DNA of 64,000 bases from Eledone cirrhosa. Taxonomy: Eukaryota. The notes below the pieces were generated by a model, which was not told the origin of the DNA, ran no database searches, and worked only from the letters and a program-made list of their open reading frames with translations. The translations under genes were made by a program, and so were the position numbers. Where the stretch lies: contig OZ024741.1 of assembly GCA_964016885.1 (NCBI GenBank), positions 128,278,001 to 128,342,000 on the forward strand, in the 5' to 3' direction. Shown in pieces: positions 41,625 to 56,040 of this stretch; positions within the stretch are counted from its first letter, which is position 1; every line of letters begins with the position of its first letter.

Positions 41625-42740
41625 ATTGAGAGACCCCTAGTCACTAGTAAGACATATCTCTAGGAGAAGGTCACTCTGATGTAAAACGTGTGACTTCGTT
41701 TGCATCCAATGATGTAGACCAGTTCTACTTTTTGGGTAAATGCATTCGATGTTCAGGGTGGGATTGGCTCTATACAAAGCCTTTCCCCACTTAAAAAAGC
41801 TTCAAGCACAGGCACCGCTTGATATGCGACATTTTTTGCGATGCATGGCATGGCTGGCCGTAAGCATGGCTGGCCCTAGCAGTACTGAAAAGACACGCCC
41901 GTGGTGCCCGTGATTAAGTATCAGGCGATAATATTACTCAAAATCGAGTTACAGCCATCATGTATGTATGTATTTGGACACCCTGCAGGACAAAAGACAA
42001 ATCCTGACAAAAGGCGGAAGAACTCATAAGAGTCAACGGTCATCCAAAATGTGTAAATATGTATATACACATGTACCGCGCGGTTAAACCACTGGGAGTG
42101 AAGGACCCGATCGCGCAGTTAAACCACTGGGAGTGAAGGACCCCTAGCCTTTGTCAGGGCATTCTTCTAGAAGAAGGCAACTCAGGAAACTGGGATAACT
42201 CCGATATAAAACCTGCGGCTCAGTAGTTACCGATGATGTTATCTTTTCTTCTTTTCGTGTTATAGCTACTGCCGCTCAGAGAGTGGGATTGGTTCAGTGC
42301 ACAGTCTTTCCTCACTTAAAAAAAATCTTCACACACAGGCATTGCACGATAACATTAATTGATAATTATTAATAATGGTATCTCGTGCAATGGGCATACT
42401 CGATAACGAGGGGGCAGCCTTCATGTATGCATGTATGTATGTATGTATGTATGTATGTATGGTTAAGAGAGTGGAACTGGCTTTGTGCAGTGCCTTTGCT
42501 CACTATAAAAGCTTCACGGCACAGGCATTGCTTTATATCTGGAGATCTCTCTGCACTTGTCACATGGTTTCATGGGCCCAGCACTATGTGTCAATAATTG
42601 TCACAGGTGTAGTGTTTGTACCAGAGTTTTCAAGTCGCTGGCTGGACTAAAAAATCACACTCGTTCAGCGCACCGGTAGGGGTTCTCCTACATGGATATA
42701 AAGTAGTGGCCGTACTCGAAAATGAGTTGGTAGCAACCAT
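41625..42740 (+). mobile_element. Three tandem RTE-related non-autonomous elements separated by (TATG)n
   Basis: Similar to 9240-9693 and 35188-35778; each ends ...CCATCATGTATG-like. Confidence 0.75.
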
Positions 42741-43699
42741 GTATCTATGTATGTATGTGCATGTGTGTATATGTATGCATATATGTGTGTATGTATTTAT
42801 GTATGTATATATGTATGAATCAATTGTGTTTGGTGATTATTGTCAGAGGGTATTCTATCGCTCTGAATATAAACCATACATACTCACTTTAGGCTATTTT
42901 TATACGTAATACGACTTTAGCCAGATTTAATCTTTTGTTTTCGAGTATGTATTATTAGATATGAAAGGAAATTACGACCAGATTATATCTTGATACTACA
43001 AGAACGGAATTATTTTAAAGAAAATTTACAAAATATTATAATCACAAACATGATCAGGTTGCAAGCTACGCGACAGCCTTTTGACATTCCCTTTCTATAT
43101 CATCCACATCTACCTCCATCTATAACTTTCATTATGTATATCTTCTTCTTCTTCTTCTTCTTCTTCTTCTTGTAGAGAGGGATGAATTCCACCAAGTAAA
43201 TGTTATAATGTCGCCCCTACGACTCTGTTATGTGTTAAGAGCCCATGCATACACACACATACATATACACGCGTGCGAACACACACACGCACACACACAC
43301 ACACTATATATATATATATATATACACACACATATAATCTTTGAGTATGAATGTATCTCTGCACATCGCTCAAACAAACTAATTATAAACATACGTACTT
43401 ACATACACACATGAGCGCGCATTCTCTTATCTATATACATATCAACCTAAACACACGTATACACACGCACGTGTATATATATATATATATATACACGTGC
43501 GTATACATACATACGTACATACATGCATACATACATACGATTTGTTCCATTGATATTCTAACCACATGTCCGTAATATCGGAGCGCGGTAATCTCACAAT
43601 TTGGAGAAATAGCAGTTCTTCCTGGAGCCACTCTCTGATCTCTGACTTAGGCATCCCCTCGAGTAACGCTACTTCAATGACCCTTCCTATTTTTTTTTT

Positions 43700-44770
43700 T
43701 TGGGGGGGGGGGGGGTCATTACCCAATATTCTTGGCCATAGGTAAGGATTAGCACAAACACAAAATTAAAGATGGCAAAGCACATTGTGTGTCACTGATT
43801 TATTGTGCGCAGATAGTTCGGGAGACTATATCTTTCTGATTTGGGCGATTCATTTCTTGGGTACGTATTCCTTGTTACAAATTCCATCATATGATATATT
43901 TTCATCTATCCCTAAATATCTGTAGCAGTCCTCGTCAGATACCAGCGAAACAGTAGGTCCATTGATAGAGATGCTGCTAGATTGGCTTGTAAATTTTCCT
44001 CGTTTTACAATCATATAATAACATTTATCCAAGCCAAACTCCCTCCCTATCTCTTTCGAGAATGTCGTAACCAGGTCAAGGTTTTTCTTCATCCCATTTA
44101 TGTTCTTGGCATAGAGTTTCAGGTCATCCACAAAGGTTTGTATTCCTGTCTTCCTGTCAATCAGTTATGTATCCTTCATATTTCTTGATCAGAAAGGACA
44201 AGGGGTTTAATGACAGTGTGAATAATAACACTGAATGATGTCCCCTTGAAATATACCCCTGTGATATTCTATTTTATCAGTGAAACTAGAGTCCTCCTTC
44301 TCTGTAAATAACTTCAGGATAGTAGTCCAAGAGAAAGATAAATTCTCTAAGATTCTTATAATGGTGTCTGGGACTTTAGCAAGTCAGACGGCCTCTATCA
44401 TCCAAGAGTGGGAAACAGAATAAGATGCTTTCCTGTAGTCCATCCAGACTGTAGCCATATTCCTCATATGTTGCTGCACCTCTGACATCGCAGTTTTGTT
44501 AAATAGGAGTTGTTCAACACAACCCACCAAACACCTTTCTTCCGAGCTGCTTGCTCATCTGTGATGATGTTATTATTGTCGCAGTGATCTTGGAGAAATA
44601 GGTTCAGGCAGGTTGTATGCATTATATACATCAGGTTCTAGCATGCAATGGGTCGGTAGTTTTTGCCAAGTGGGTGTTTTTGTGAACCAGTATTGTTTGT
44701 GCTAATGTCAACTAACCTGGTATATGTGCATCTCCCTAGAGAGCTTGCTGGTAGAGGTTGATAAGATATA
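43700..44770 (-). pseudogene. Dong/R4-type LINE RT fragment (second, more decayed copy)
   Basis: VDDLKLYAKN..FSKEIGREFGLDKC..YRYLGIDE; paralogous to 46290-47240. Confidence 0.85.
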
Positions 44771-44798
44771 AATGTATGTATGTATGTATGTATGTATG

Positions 44799-47700
44799 TT
44801 CTTCTGGTTTTATAATTTCACAAATTTTTACCAATAGAGAGAGAGTCGCTTTCTAACATAGACACAAGACTCTCTTATTGGAATTTACACAACATCAACT
44901 AGGTAGATTATGTATGCATGTCTGCATGTGGAGATATGGATGTAATTGTATGTGTGGATGTGTATGTTTTGAGTTGTATGTGTGCATGTGTACATGTGTG
45001 CATTACATGCTTTGTAAATGTACATGTGTATATGCAGTTATTAGATGCAAAATGTTTGGAATGTTTTACATAATTTTACTGTTCCATTAATGGATTGTAC
45101 TTGTAATTTCCTAACTGGTTCTGTTCTTTCTGTTCCTGTGAAGCCTAGCTTCTCAAGATTTGTATTGAGGCAGTACTAACATACCCCAGTGCCCCAATAA
45201 TCACAGGCATAAATCTGAAGGTGTAATCAGGGTGGAGTATCTGCAGATTTATCATCAGTTCTGCATAAACATTCTCCTTTTGGCTAATCTTTGATATTAT
45301 ATTGGCATCTGCTGGGCAGCTAATTTCCACTACTGTGCATGCTTTCTTCTCCCTGTCCCATATCATAATATCTGGTTTGTTATGCCTGCATTTTATTGGG
45401 GTTTTTACTGGAAAATTCCACCAGTAGTCTTTCATATTATGTACATGGATGTCTTCCACATTGCTGTAGCTTTTAATGTGTTTATTATTGGGGCTATCTT
45501 TTTTATGAACTGCATTGTACAGTGTTTTGGCCACTACATCATGCCTCATAGGTAGATAGTACCGCGATGACATCTTTGGACAGCTGCTGATAACATGGGT
45601 GATATCCCCGATGTTAGTTCTGCAGAGTCTGCACTTGTTATCACATCTAGGTGTTTTGCCTGCATCCCTATCTCTTTTGTGAATCAGGTATTTCGTGTTG
45701 ATTTCCTGTTCTTGGATTGCAAAAGCTTATCCTTCAAAGTGGGAGCCAATATAGCAGTTGTTGGTCTAAGATAGACTACTTTCCTTATCTATATTACTCT
45801 CACTCTGGAGCTTCCTGGCAACATATTCATGCATGATTTTTTGCTGATAAGCATGCAGTTTTTCATCCATGGATTCACTGCGATACTGCTGAGCGACTTC
45901 CCTGAGTGTGAGGTTTTGATTATCACACAAGGAATATCCCTCGAGGAGTTCCTTCCCAACTCTTATGATCTTATCTGTTTCATGCAGATAGACTTGCTCG
46001 AGAAACGAGCTCCTACGCTTCGAGATTCGTAGATGTTATCGGAGAGATATGATGCGACATTCAAATGTTGTCTGGACTGATGTTAGGCCTCTGCCTCCCT
46101 GCTTACGTTTCAAGTAAAGGCGGTCTATGTCACTGTTGATGTGGAAGTTTCCGGTTTTGTTTAGTATTTTTCGAGTTCTAACATCAACTGCTCGGATTTC
46201 GTCTATCGTCCAATTGAGTATTCCAAACGTTGGTGTTAGAACAGGCACAGCAAACACATTGTGAGCCACTGTTTTGTTTTGCGCAGAGAGTTCCGATGAC
46301 CAGATCTTTCTTAATCAGGTGTAGTATTCCCTGGTTACGCGTTCTTTATTATAGATACCATTATAGGATATGTTCTCATCTATCCCCAGGTAACTGTAGC
46401 AGTCCTCATCAGATATCAGTGAAACAGTTAGGCTATTGATGACAATGTTGCTAGACTGGGTTGTTGTTTTTCCCCGCTTTACAGTCATGGCCAAATTCCA
46501 TTCCTATATCCTTTGAGAACGTTGTAACCATGTCAAGATTTTTCTTCATCCCATCCATGTTCTTGGCATAGAGTTTCAGATCGTCCACAAAGAAATTATG
46601 GGTTAGGTTCGTATTTCTGTCCTCCTGTGAGCCAATGATGTATCCCTCACATTTCTTGAGCAGAAAAGACAAGGGGTTTAATGACAAGATGAATAATATC
46701 ACAGAGAAACTATCCCCCTGAAATATTCCGCTGCAATATTTTATTTTATCAGTGAAAATAGAGTCCTCCCTCTCTGTCTTTAACCTTAGGATAGTAGCCC
46801 AAGAAGAAGACAGCCTCTCTATGGCTCTGACAATAATGTCTGGGAATTTAGCAAGTTGGAAGGCCTCTATCATCCAAGAGTGGGGAACAGAATCGAAAGC
46901 TTTCCTGTAGTCCAGCCAGACTGTAGCCATATTCCTCCTAACTTGTAGCACCTCCGACATCGCAGTTTTGTTGATTAGGAGTTGTTCAGCACATCCCCAA
47001 ACCCCTTTCTTTCCAACTGCTTGTTCATCTGTGATGATGTTATTATTTTCACAGTGATCTTGGAGGAATAGGTTCAGGCAGGCTGTATACATCTTATACA
47101 TCAGGTTCTGGCATGCAATGGGTCGGTAGTTTTTTGCCAAGTGGGTGTCTTTGTTCTTGGGGACCAGTAATGTTTGTGCTAATGTCAACCATTCTGGTAA
47201 AAGTGTATCTCCCTTAAGAACTTGTTGGTAGAGGTCAGTAAGATACCGCCGATAGAATATTAGTTTTTCGTACCAGTAGCCGACAATCATGTCTCTTACT
47301 GGTGTTTTCTTATCTTGGAGTTTTCCTATCACAGTCTCAAGGGTACACTTATTTCGTATGTTTTTGTTGAAGTGTAGGAGCAATAGTTCTTTCGGATTTC
47401 TCTTAGCCACACTGTATCTTGGTTGAAATTCTTCTTTTTACCTCATATTTTGCTCCAAAAGGAATATGTCTTTCTGGGATGGGGCCTCAGTGACACTTAT
47501 TATTTCGTTCTTCATATCTCTATAGACTGATGTTTGGTTTCGTCTGAATCTTTTATTAAGCACTTTTCTCTCACCTACCTTCTTCAGGTATCGGCGTTTT
47601 TCGCTAACAGCTCTCAATTCTTGTTTGAGGGTGATCAGCTTATATTGAAGAGTTCTGGTTCCATTGTTACCAAACATCGTCTCTATTTCATTTTTCACTC

Positions 47701-48883
47701 TTTGTTGGTGAGGAGTGAGGTTTTTTGTGTTTGTGTGCATGTAAGGAGCATTGTCACATATCCTATGGTTTTTCGTAGGTCAGCAATCTTTTTTTTTCTA
47801 TTTTAGTTATATCTGATGGTATTTTTGGTGGTGTTCTGTTCTTGTTAATATCTCTGCTATCACCAAGATAATGCTTCACTGTCATTGCTAAGGCATATAA
47901 ACCGGCGTTGATTTGCCAAAATGTTGGGATTTTTATCCGTCGTAAATATTCATCCCCTATTTCGTCAATAACACGTAATATTTCATTATTTGTTTTTTAT
48001 AAAATTAAATATTGTCGTTTTAATACGTTCAGCCAGAGAGATATTTATACATGAATTAATTTCTCTCTGGAAGATTTCGTTGAGGGAAATTTTCAATTGT
48101 TTATACTTTTGATTATCATTATCGATAGTATTTTCCACAACAGTCGAGGTAGACTCGGATGGTACACGTGGTGTCAAATTTCTTCGATTATTATTATTAT
48201 CGATAGTCTTTTCCCCAGCATTCGAGGGAGACTTAGATGGTACAGGTGGTGTCAAGTTTCTTACAGGCATAGTTGTTTCAAGGTGCTGTTCGACCTGTCT
48301 GCTAGGAAGTCTAGTAGCATGGCGACCTGTAGCACGTGTTGTTGATAACATGTTTGTTGTGGGGATTTACAATTAATAATATTTATCTTATTTTTACGTT
48401 CAACAAACGTCGCTTGTTGGCGCAATTGTTTCGCTGTGAAATAATTTAGCTCTGCGTGCATTTCGTCCCAGTGTAGCTTCATTCTGTTCATATAGCCAAT
48501 GGAGGGATTGTTTTTTGCCATTTTATAACAATTAAATAAATCATTATGAAGTTCGCAACTCCAAGAGAAATGTGATTTATAATTTCGGTCTCTTCTGTAG
48601 CTACAACTGAATAAAGTTTGTTTACCTTTCTTGTTCGTTGTCTTCGGTACTTCCTTAATTTTGTTGTTGATGTTGTGTTCAGCCATGCTGTTTGTAGCAA
48701 ATCCTTGTAAAATGAATTATGTATTTAGTCGGATATCTCTACGAATTCGAATAAAAGGTGTCTTCAGAAGACGTAGTTAGAAGAATAACCAATTATTCAA
48801 CATAACTGTAGTTTTGGCATTACTGTCATCTTAAATTTAATAAATTGTCTCCCACGCCAAAATATGCGACTGATCGCGTTGAT
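44799..48883 (-). mobile_element. Near full-length Dong/R4-clade non-LTR retrotransposon (RT, CCHC finger, restriction-like endonuclease), frameshifted
   Basis: NYRPIAC, WLDYRKAFDSVPH, GIFQGDSFS, FVDDLKLY, RLYLKRKQGGRGL, CRLC..H...C, RHD, KPDI..VVEISCP; (TATG)n tracts on both sides. Confidence 0.93.
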
Positions 48884-48964
48884 TGTATGTATGTATGTAT
48901 GTATGTATGTATGTATGTATGTATGTATGTATGTATGTATGTATGTATGTATGTATGTATGTAT

Positions 48965-49476
48965 ACGACGACTGGTTCTGGTTACACGTGTGTATTGTTT
49001 ATTTCCTAATCATTGTTAACTCGTGATGGAGCTTAGTTCTTCGTCTCATAAGGATTCCCCTGTCTCTGGGAATAAGAATTTTATGTCCGTTGGCCTTTTT
49101 CTCCGCGACAAACGTTTGGCATATAGTTCGTATTGTTGTCATGAAGTGTCGAAAATGTGTATTGCTGTCTTGTGTAGCGATGTTGTCGCTCCATTTTTGT
49201 TTACGGATCTCTTTCTTGATCTTTTTCCAGTTAGCCTTGTGAAAGGTTTAAGCTGGATAAATTCCCGGTGCTTCTTAATGGTTGCGTCTCTTCTGATTCT
49301 CTCAGAACATATATCATTAGTTCTACTAAGTTATGATCCGAGAAAATCATTGGTGTTACCTTTACATTGTGGATGAACACTGCGTTATTTGTAAAGCAGA
49401 GATCCTGGACATTCTCGCCTCTTGTAGGGAGAAGTACTGATTGTTTCATGAGCAGCCTGAGTGTGAGGGCCACCAG
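48965..49476 (-). pseudogene. CR1/L2-group LINE fragment (APE endonuclease C-terminus and linker)
   Basis: [14 protein letters not shown]...SDHNLV motif. Confidence 0.75.
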
Positions 49477-49562
49477 TATATATATATATATACATATATA
49501 AATAAACATATATCGGTATGTATATATATATATATATATACATATATAAATAAATATATATC

Positions 49563-49620
<58 letters not shown>

Positions 49621-49680
49621 TAAATAAATATATATCGGTATATATATATATATATATACATATATAAATAAATATATATC

Positions 49681-49744
<64 letters not shown>

Positions 49745-49748
<4 letters not shown>

Positions 49749-51070
49749 ACCCACTATTACTAATAAATAATGGAATAGAAAGGGCTAAAGCAATAGGCAT
49801 TGATGAATTACGGAAACAGAAACAAATTCAAGGTACGTCCAATATTCTATCATACATCTCAACACACAACCCAAGAAATGCGGAAGCTTACAACACTATT
49901 CACAATAACATCCCACTACTAAAACAACCCAAGAATGAAAAAAGCCCTTGAAACACAAAAAATAATCAAAAGCAAAAGACAACCAAAGTCACTGAAAACA
50001 TTACTCACCAATGCCAAATTACCTACCACAAACCCACAACCAAGTATCAAAAAATGTGGTCGCTCTGATTGTGGAACCTGCACTCACCTCATTGAAGGCA
50101 ACACGTATACATTTAAATCAGGTCAAAATTTTACTGTAAAAAAATCACTTTACTTGCTCATCAAACAATCTAATTTATGCCATTAAATGTAAAGGATGCA
50201 ATGAAGATTATATAGGACAAACTAAACTCACACTCAGAAACAGAATGACAGTTCATCGCCAACAATTACGAGATCCAACCACGAGACAGATACCACTAAG
50301 TGCATATCTAGACATTTGCGCAAGTAATAAGACACCCAAATTCCAAGTCTTCCCATTTTACCTTTGCGCTAACAATACAACAGAACAAATGCGAATAAAT
50401 AAGGAAAATATGTTTATTCAAAAATATAGACCAACATTAAATAAGGTTTAATATACATTATGTCAACACCACAATATGACATACACACACACACATAACA
50501 CCTTCTACTTTAGAAAATAAAAACCCGAACTAAATAAACCTTAACATACGTTTGCACTGGCAAAAATGTAATAAAAACTTGTTCACGTGACAGCCAAATT
50601 TCATTTATAACCCCCCCCCCCCCAAAAAAAAAAAGCCTTCGTGAGCCTCCTTTTTTCAAGTAAAAAGAAATTCAAACACTCATATATGAAAAAACAACCT
50701 GTGACAACCCCCCCCTCTTATTTGAAGAACTATTGTAACGCGAACTGGCGCGAAATTTATTATAATTATTGACAAACCAATCAAATTACTTCTCGAAAAA
50801 CCTGGAATTTCGAGCCACTTTTTCCATATAAAACAAGTAACATTCAGAGACCAACCAGATGTGAGAAAAACCACAGACCCTCCATCTCAACTCACCTTTT
50901 GAAAAGCAGAAAAACTGCGAAACCGGTAAAGGAACCAAATAAATATATATATTTTTAAAAAAAATAAGACTTCAGTTGCATTTTCGATTTCATCTCTTTT
51001 TCTTTATACTTTCACTCGTGTAGGACACCTCGGTTATTTTTCATTTTGTAAAAAAAACCTCACTTTCTAA
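49745..51070 (+). mobile_element. Penelope-like element (Neptune-type) 3' part: thumb/linker, GIY-YIG endonuclease, 3' pLTR
   Basis: KYP..LIN.GIERAK, KRQPKSLKTLLT, CGRSDCGTC, NLIYAIKCKGCNEDYIGQT..LRNRMTVHRQQ, RINKENMFIQKYRPTLN; decayed HHR at 50895-50932. Confidence 0.9.
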
Positions 51071-51674
51071 TATATATATATATATACAATGTAAATGATA
51101 ATCAAAGAGTTTTTAAACCTTCAAACATTTAATCGATCGTTTCATTCTAGCACAAAGCCAGATTCATCAGAGTGGATAACAAAAGTCAAACACAAATATA
51201 AGATCAAATCTTTGTCATAAGAACATTAGGATGATACATAATATGGGAAGTGAGATAAGCGTAAACATCAAAATTTATGTAAGGTAACTGAGGCGGAAAA
51301 AAACATGAAAAATAGGAGCAGATAAATGCAATAAAAAAAATTTTAAAAATTTGCTGTTAGAGATAAATTAAGTACAGTGAAAATTATATATCATAAATAG
51401 TTAAGAAAGTTAAGTAGAGAAAGCATGCATTTCAAATATAATTTTTAAAATATATTTTTGTAAATATATTTTTTAAAGTTTAGATGCACGTGTAGCATAG
51501 CCAGGGATTAAAGACTATAAGTTCGACTACATAATTCAGTCATAATACCAATTTTTTCGAAAACGTCCAAAGGAACTAATGTTGGGTGGACTAAATAAAT
51601 ACAACCACCAAGCCTACAAAGTAAAAAAAAAAAATGAAAAAAAATCCAATATAGATGGAAATGAGGCACTCGAG

Positions 51675-51895
51675 GGCGGTGGATTGGCAGTATCGGTAGA
51701 GGGTCGGACGCCATGCTTTGCAGCAGAGAGTTACGGCCCTTTATGATCTGAGTTCAAATCCCACTGAGATTAACTTTGCCTTTCATTCTTCCGGGGTCGA
51801 TAAAATAAAGTAACAGTCACGCACTGGGATCGATTTAACCGACTTTCCCCTCCCCGAAAAGTGCTGGCCTTGTGTCTATATAAGAAACTATTATC
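51675..51895 (+). mobile_element. Full-length tRNA-derived SINE
   Basis: GGCGGTGGATTGGCAGTATCGG...GAGTTCAAATCC...core...AGAAACTATTAT; TGAGGCACTC occurs on both flanks. Confidence 0.88.
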
Positions 51896-52055
51896 AGTGA
51901 GGCACTCAAGACACATCATCCAGAGAACCAATAGAAGAGATATGTAGTATACTTATTTTACATCGAGCTATTTTCATACTTGTAACTGAGTAATATTTAT
52001 TATACCCACCATATATATATATATTTATATATAGCTATACTTATATATAGCTATA

Positions 52056-52121
<66 letters not shown>

Positions 52122-52190
52122 TAAGTTATTCCGGGTTGAATCGGAGGTAACCACAGTTAGTAAGGTACTCAATACATAGCAGAGTATAAC

Positions 52191-52333
52191 AGTTTTAATA
52201 TAGATGAGATTCTACAGGACTAGAACTGTTTCATTCTTTAGAAATCATCAGATTCCTGATGATTTCTAAAGAATGGTGATTTTTAAAGAATGAAACAGTT
52301 CTAGTCTTGTAGAATCTCATCTATATTAAAACT
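52191..52333. ncRNA. Back-to-back inverted hammerhead pair (PLE/retrozyme remnant)
   Basis: Minus: CTGATGA TTTCTAAAGAAT GAAAC AG..CT GTA GAATC; plus: GATTC CTGATGA(52256)...GAAAC...GTA GAATC. Confidence 0.75.
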
Positions 52334-52361
52334 ATATATATATTTCCGTTTCATAAACTTC

Positions 52362-52447
<86 letters not shown>

Positions 52448-52586
52448 TATATAGTTAAGTCTTAGACAGGAACAAAAACAGAGAGGCAGTACAAATATGA
52501 GTTTATATATATATATACATATATTTATATATAGCTATATAATATATATACATATATATATTTCTATATAAATAACCATATATCGG

Positions 52587-52676
<90 letters not shown>

Positions 52677-52854
52677 ATATATGCGTGTGTGTGTGTGATT
52701 AAGTATGAAATGTCTGATTTTGAATTAAGAGTTTAGTTTATTTTAGGACATTTCATACGTAGACTTATATATACAGTATATGTATATATACAATCTCTCT
52801 CTCTCCCTCTCCCTCTCTCTCTCTCTCTACACACACACATATATATATATATTT

Positions 52855-52887
<33 letters not shown>

Positions 52888-53180
52888 CACACACATATAT
52901 GTGAGTGTGTGTGTGTGTGTGTGTGTGTATTCATTCAGTAAGACACACATTTCATCCTGATACATCACGCGGTTGCACTGGTTGACCCAGACATTGTCTA
53001 ATTTATCCCCATTCATTTTACTCTCTTGAGATCTCAGCCTAAATATTTACATCCTCACAAGCCCTGAACACACATACACACGCACTGACAGACACACACA
53101 AATACACATGTTCGTATATGTACATACCTTTATCTATGATATATGTGCATTCAGTCATTCATTTATATATATATTATATA

Positions 53181-53213
<33 letters not shown>

Positions 53214-53218
<5 letters not shown>

Positions 53219-53800
53219 AAGTTTGTCCTTCATCAGTGGTCTTCCAACCGTCATAGGCATTTCATCGCTTTAAAGACCATATACCTCAGGTTGGTGCGAG
53301 CAACGGCTAAAAAAAGTCGTTGGGACACGTAAATAAAGGGGACGCTAGGGTAAACAAACAAAATGGTTTAAGCAACAGAAAGTGATGAAGAAAGAGACAA
53401 GTCCCAGATTTTTATGAATATAAATTCGGTGAAATCGTGAACGAGAGAATAAAGACTATCAAACCTGGTTGAAATGTGAGCAAGAAGGAATTTCGCACAG
53501 GTCTAACGGGAGGAAGAAGGGGTCTGGTCTGCGAATTCGGTAAAGAAAAAAAAATTCATACCAGCTTGGCCAAGAGCGCGCGAGAAAAGAATTACGGACA
53601 GGTCAAACGGGAAGAAAGAGGAGGAGGAGAGGTAGTGACAGAAAATGAGTGAGTGAAGGGTGAGGAAGAGGCTAACAGAGAGAGAGAGACTGCTAGAAAG
53701 GGTAAAGATACAAAGAACGAAACAGACGGGTAGCAGCAGAGGAAAAAATATATGTGTAAATATGATAATAATGGAGTTGCGGCGTTGCAAATGGGTTACA
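53214..53800 (-). mobile_element. 587-bp TG...CA bounded element (solo-LTR-like), flanked by TA
   Basis: Minus strand starts TGTAACCC and ends GGACAAACTTTTTCA; second copy at 15438-15790. Confidence 0.55.
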
Positions 53801-54001
53801 TACTCTCACTTCTTTCTGTTCAAACCGGCTGTAACTGGCTGCTCACACCTACATTAAGGTATTGTTCTCAAAATAAATAACACCAAAATCTGAGATTCGA
53901 TTTTATGTGAGATAATTATGTAAGGTAAAACCTTTACTGTGAAAATACAATAGTATATATAGAGTAATGTAAATACTAAAGGGTTAAAATAGCTGCAGGT
54001 T

Positions 54002-54036
<35 letters not shown>

Positions 54037-54039
<3 letters not shown>

Positions 54040-54235
54040 AAAAAGTATGACCCCGACGGCAGAGCTCAAGCCGTTTCGACGGCTATTTCTGGATTATTTC
54101 TAGTCCAGAAATAGCCGTCGAAACGGCTTGAGTCTGCCGTCGGGGTCATACTTTTTTCTATTTCCTAATCTACTACCCTAAGTATTGAGTACTCTGGTGC
54201 GTTATGGTCCATCTGGTTCCTTACCACTATTCCTT

Positions 54236-54284
<49 letters not shown>

Positions 54285-54300
54285 TATATATATATATATG

Positions 54301-54382
<82 letters not shown>

Positions 54383-54530
54383 CAAGTAAGACCCCGACGG
54401 CTGAGCTCAAGCCGTTTCGACGGCTAATAAGGAATTGTGGTAAGGAACTAGATGGACCATAACGCACCAGAGTACTCAATACTTAGTGTAGTAGAGTAGG
54501 AAATAGGAAAAAGTATGACCCCGACGGCTA
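54037..54530. mobile_element. Fold-back element copies (54037-54241; rearranged copy 54380-54530)
   Basis: Same palindrome and tail as 24329-24529. Confidence 0.7.
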
Positions 54531-54779
54531 TTTTATTATATTCTTTAAGGATATGTCAATATTTATTTATAAAACTGCTCTATATTATATTTTATCTGAA
54601 GAAAGCACACCATAATTTAACTTGGTGTCCTTGAAATATGTTTAATGAAATAAATATGGTTTTATAAATATAGTTTCCATTTGTTAATATCGTATTTTTA
54701 CTCCAATTATTTGTTGAGTTCTTTATATCAGTTATAAAAATATTTGCTTGTTGTATCCCAACAATTTAAATCGAATTTC

Positions 54780-54830
<51 letters not shown>

Positions 54831-55014
54831 AAAAGGAAAAGAAAATGCTGACAAATTGTTCCCAGTGAAAAATAGTTTAATTAGGAATAAGTAAAAATTA
54901 GTAATAAGTATTGGTTAGTATTCAGTTTTAGTTTTAAGCTTTTACCGGTTGCGCGCATTTCTAATGCTTTTCAAAAATAATTTTGAGATAGAGCGCCCGT
55001 GATGTTTGCTCTGA

Positions 55015-55074
<60 letters not shown>

Positions 55075-55077
<3 letters not shown>

Positions 55078-55278
55078 AACCAGTAAGACCCCGACAGCTG
55101 AGCTCAAGCCGTTTCGACGGCTAATTCTGGACTAAAATTTTAGTCCAGAATTAGCCGTCGAAACGGCTTGAGCTCAGCTGTCGGGGTCTTACTGGTTCCT
55201 ATTACCCACTCTACTACCTCAAGTATTGAGTACTTTGGTGCGTTATGGTCCACCTGGTTCCTTACCACATTTCCTTCG

Positions 55279-55280
<2 letters not shown>
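55075..55280 (+). mobile_element. Fold-back element copy
   Basis: Essentially perfect ~126-bp palindrome centred on AAAATTTT (~55138), plus the shared tail. Confidence 0.72.
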
Positions 55281-55345
<65 letters not shown>

Positions 55346-55982
55346 GGGGTGGTGGAAGCATTTCTGAATTGGGGTGGGTGCAAATTTGGTTCATTTAATT
55401 GTAGTGATCAGTTTAGCTGTTATCAAACAAATATCAATCAAGATATAAAAAAAACTTCAATATGCGATAAACATATGTACATAAATTGTAGCGCTTATAC
55501 AAATAGATTTGGTAGTTTTGGGAGAAAAATATAATTATACTGCTGGGGTCATTATCCCCCTGCCAATAATTCCACTGCCTTTTACACACGTAAATAAGAC
55601 CGTTATTGCTCCAACCACTCTATTCACCTTCGATACCTATCCTAAATATACATGAACTTACACTACACATATATACACTATATACATATAGTGGTTTGTC
55701 ATATTTTTCTGAGTTCAGTTTTTTTTCGTCGCTTTGGTCACTGCGGCTCGCCTATCGGTCACCGTCTTCAATTTGCAACGCTGTCTAAACGTAATGTTAT
55801 AACTCTAAGGTAATATACCTTATTGAGTGCTTAGATGTACACCCCGATTGCATTCGTTAGCTTCGCTGCAGCCAGAGCTTCGATTATGCTGTACTAAATT
55901 TTGTAAAAAATTGAACGGGAACAAAACAGAGAGGTAGTACGAACAAGGGTTTATTAGTTTCACGCTCTTGAGAGTGGGTTTG

Positions 55983-56040
<58 letters not shown>

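Noticed and set aside
43555-43692. IGRVIEVALLEGMPKSEIREWLQEE peptide, possibly an exon or LINE ORF1 fragment
   Set aside because: Family cannot be identified and there are no convincing splice sites; most likely a TE remnant
48690-48883. HDV-like ribozyme at the Dong/R4 5' end
   Set aside because: I could not build the nested double pseudoknot from the sequence
51508-51620. GCIYLV...KIGIMTELCSR peptide resembling a GIY-YIG start
   Set aside because: Too short, followed by a stop, and the ORF start lies in a SINE
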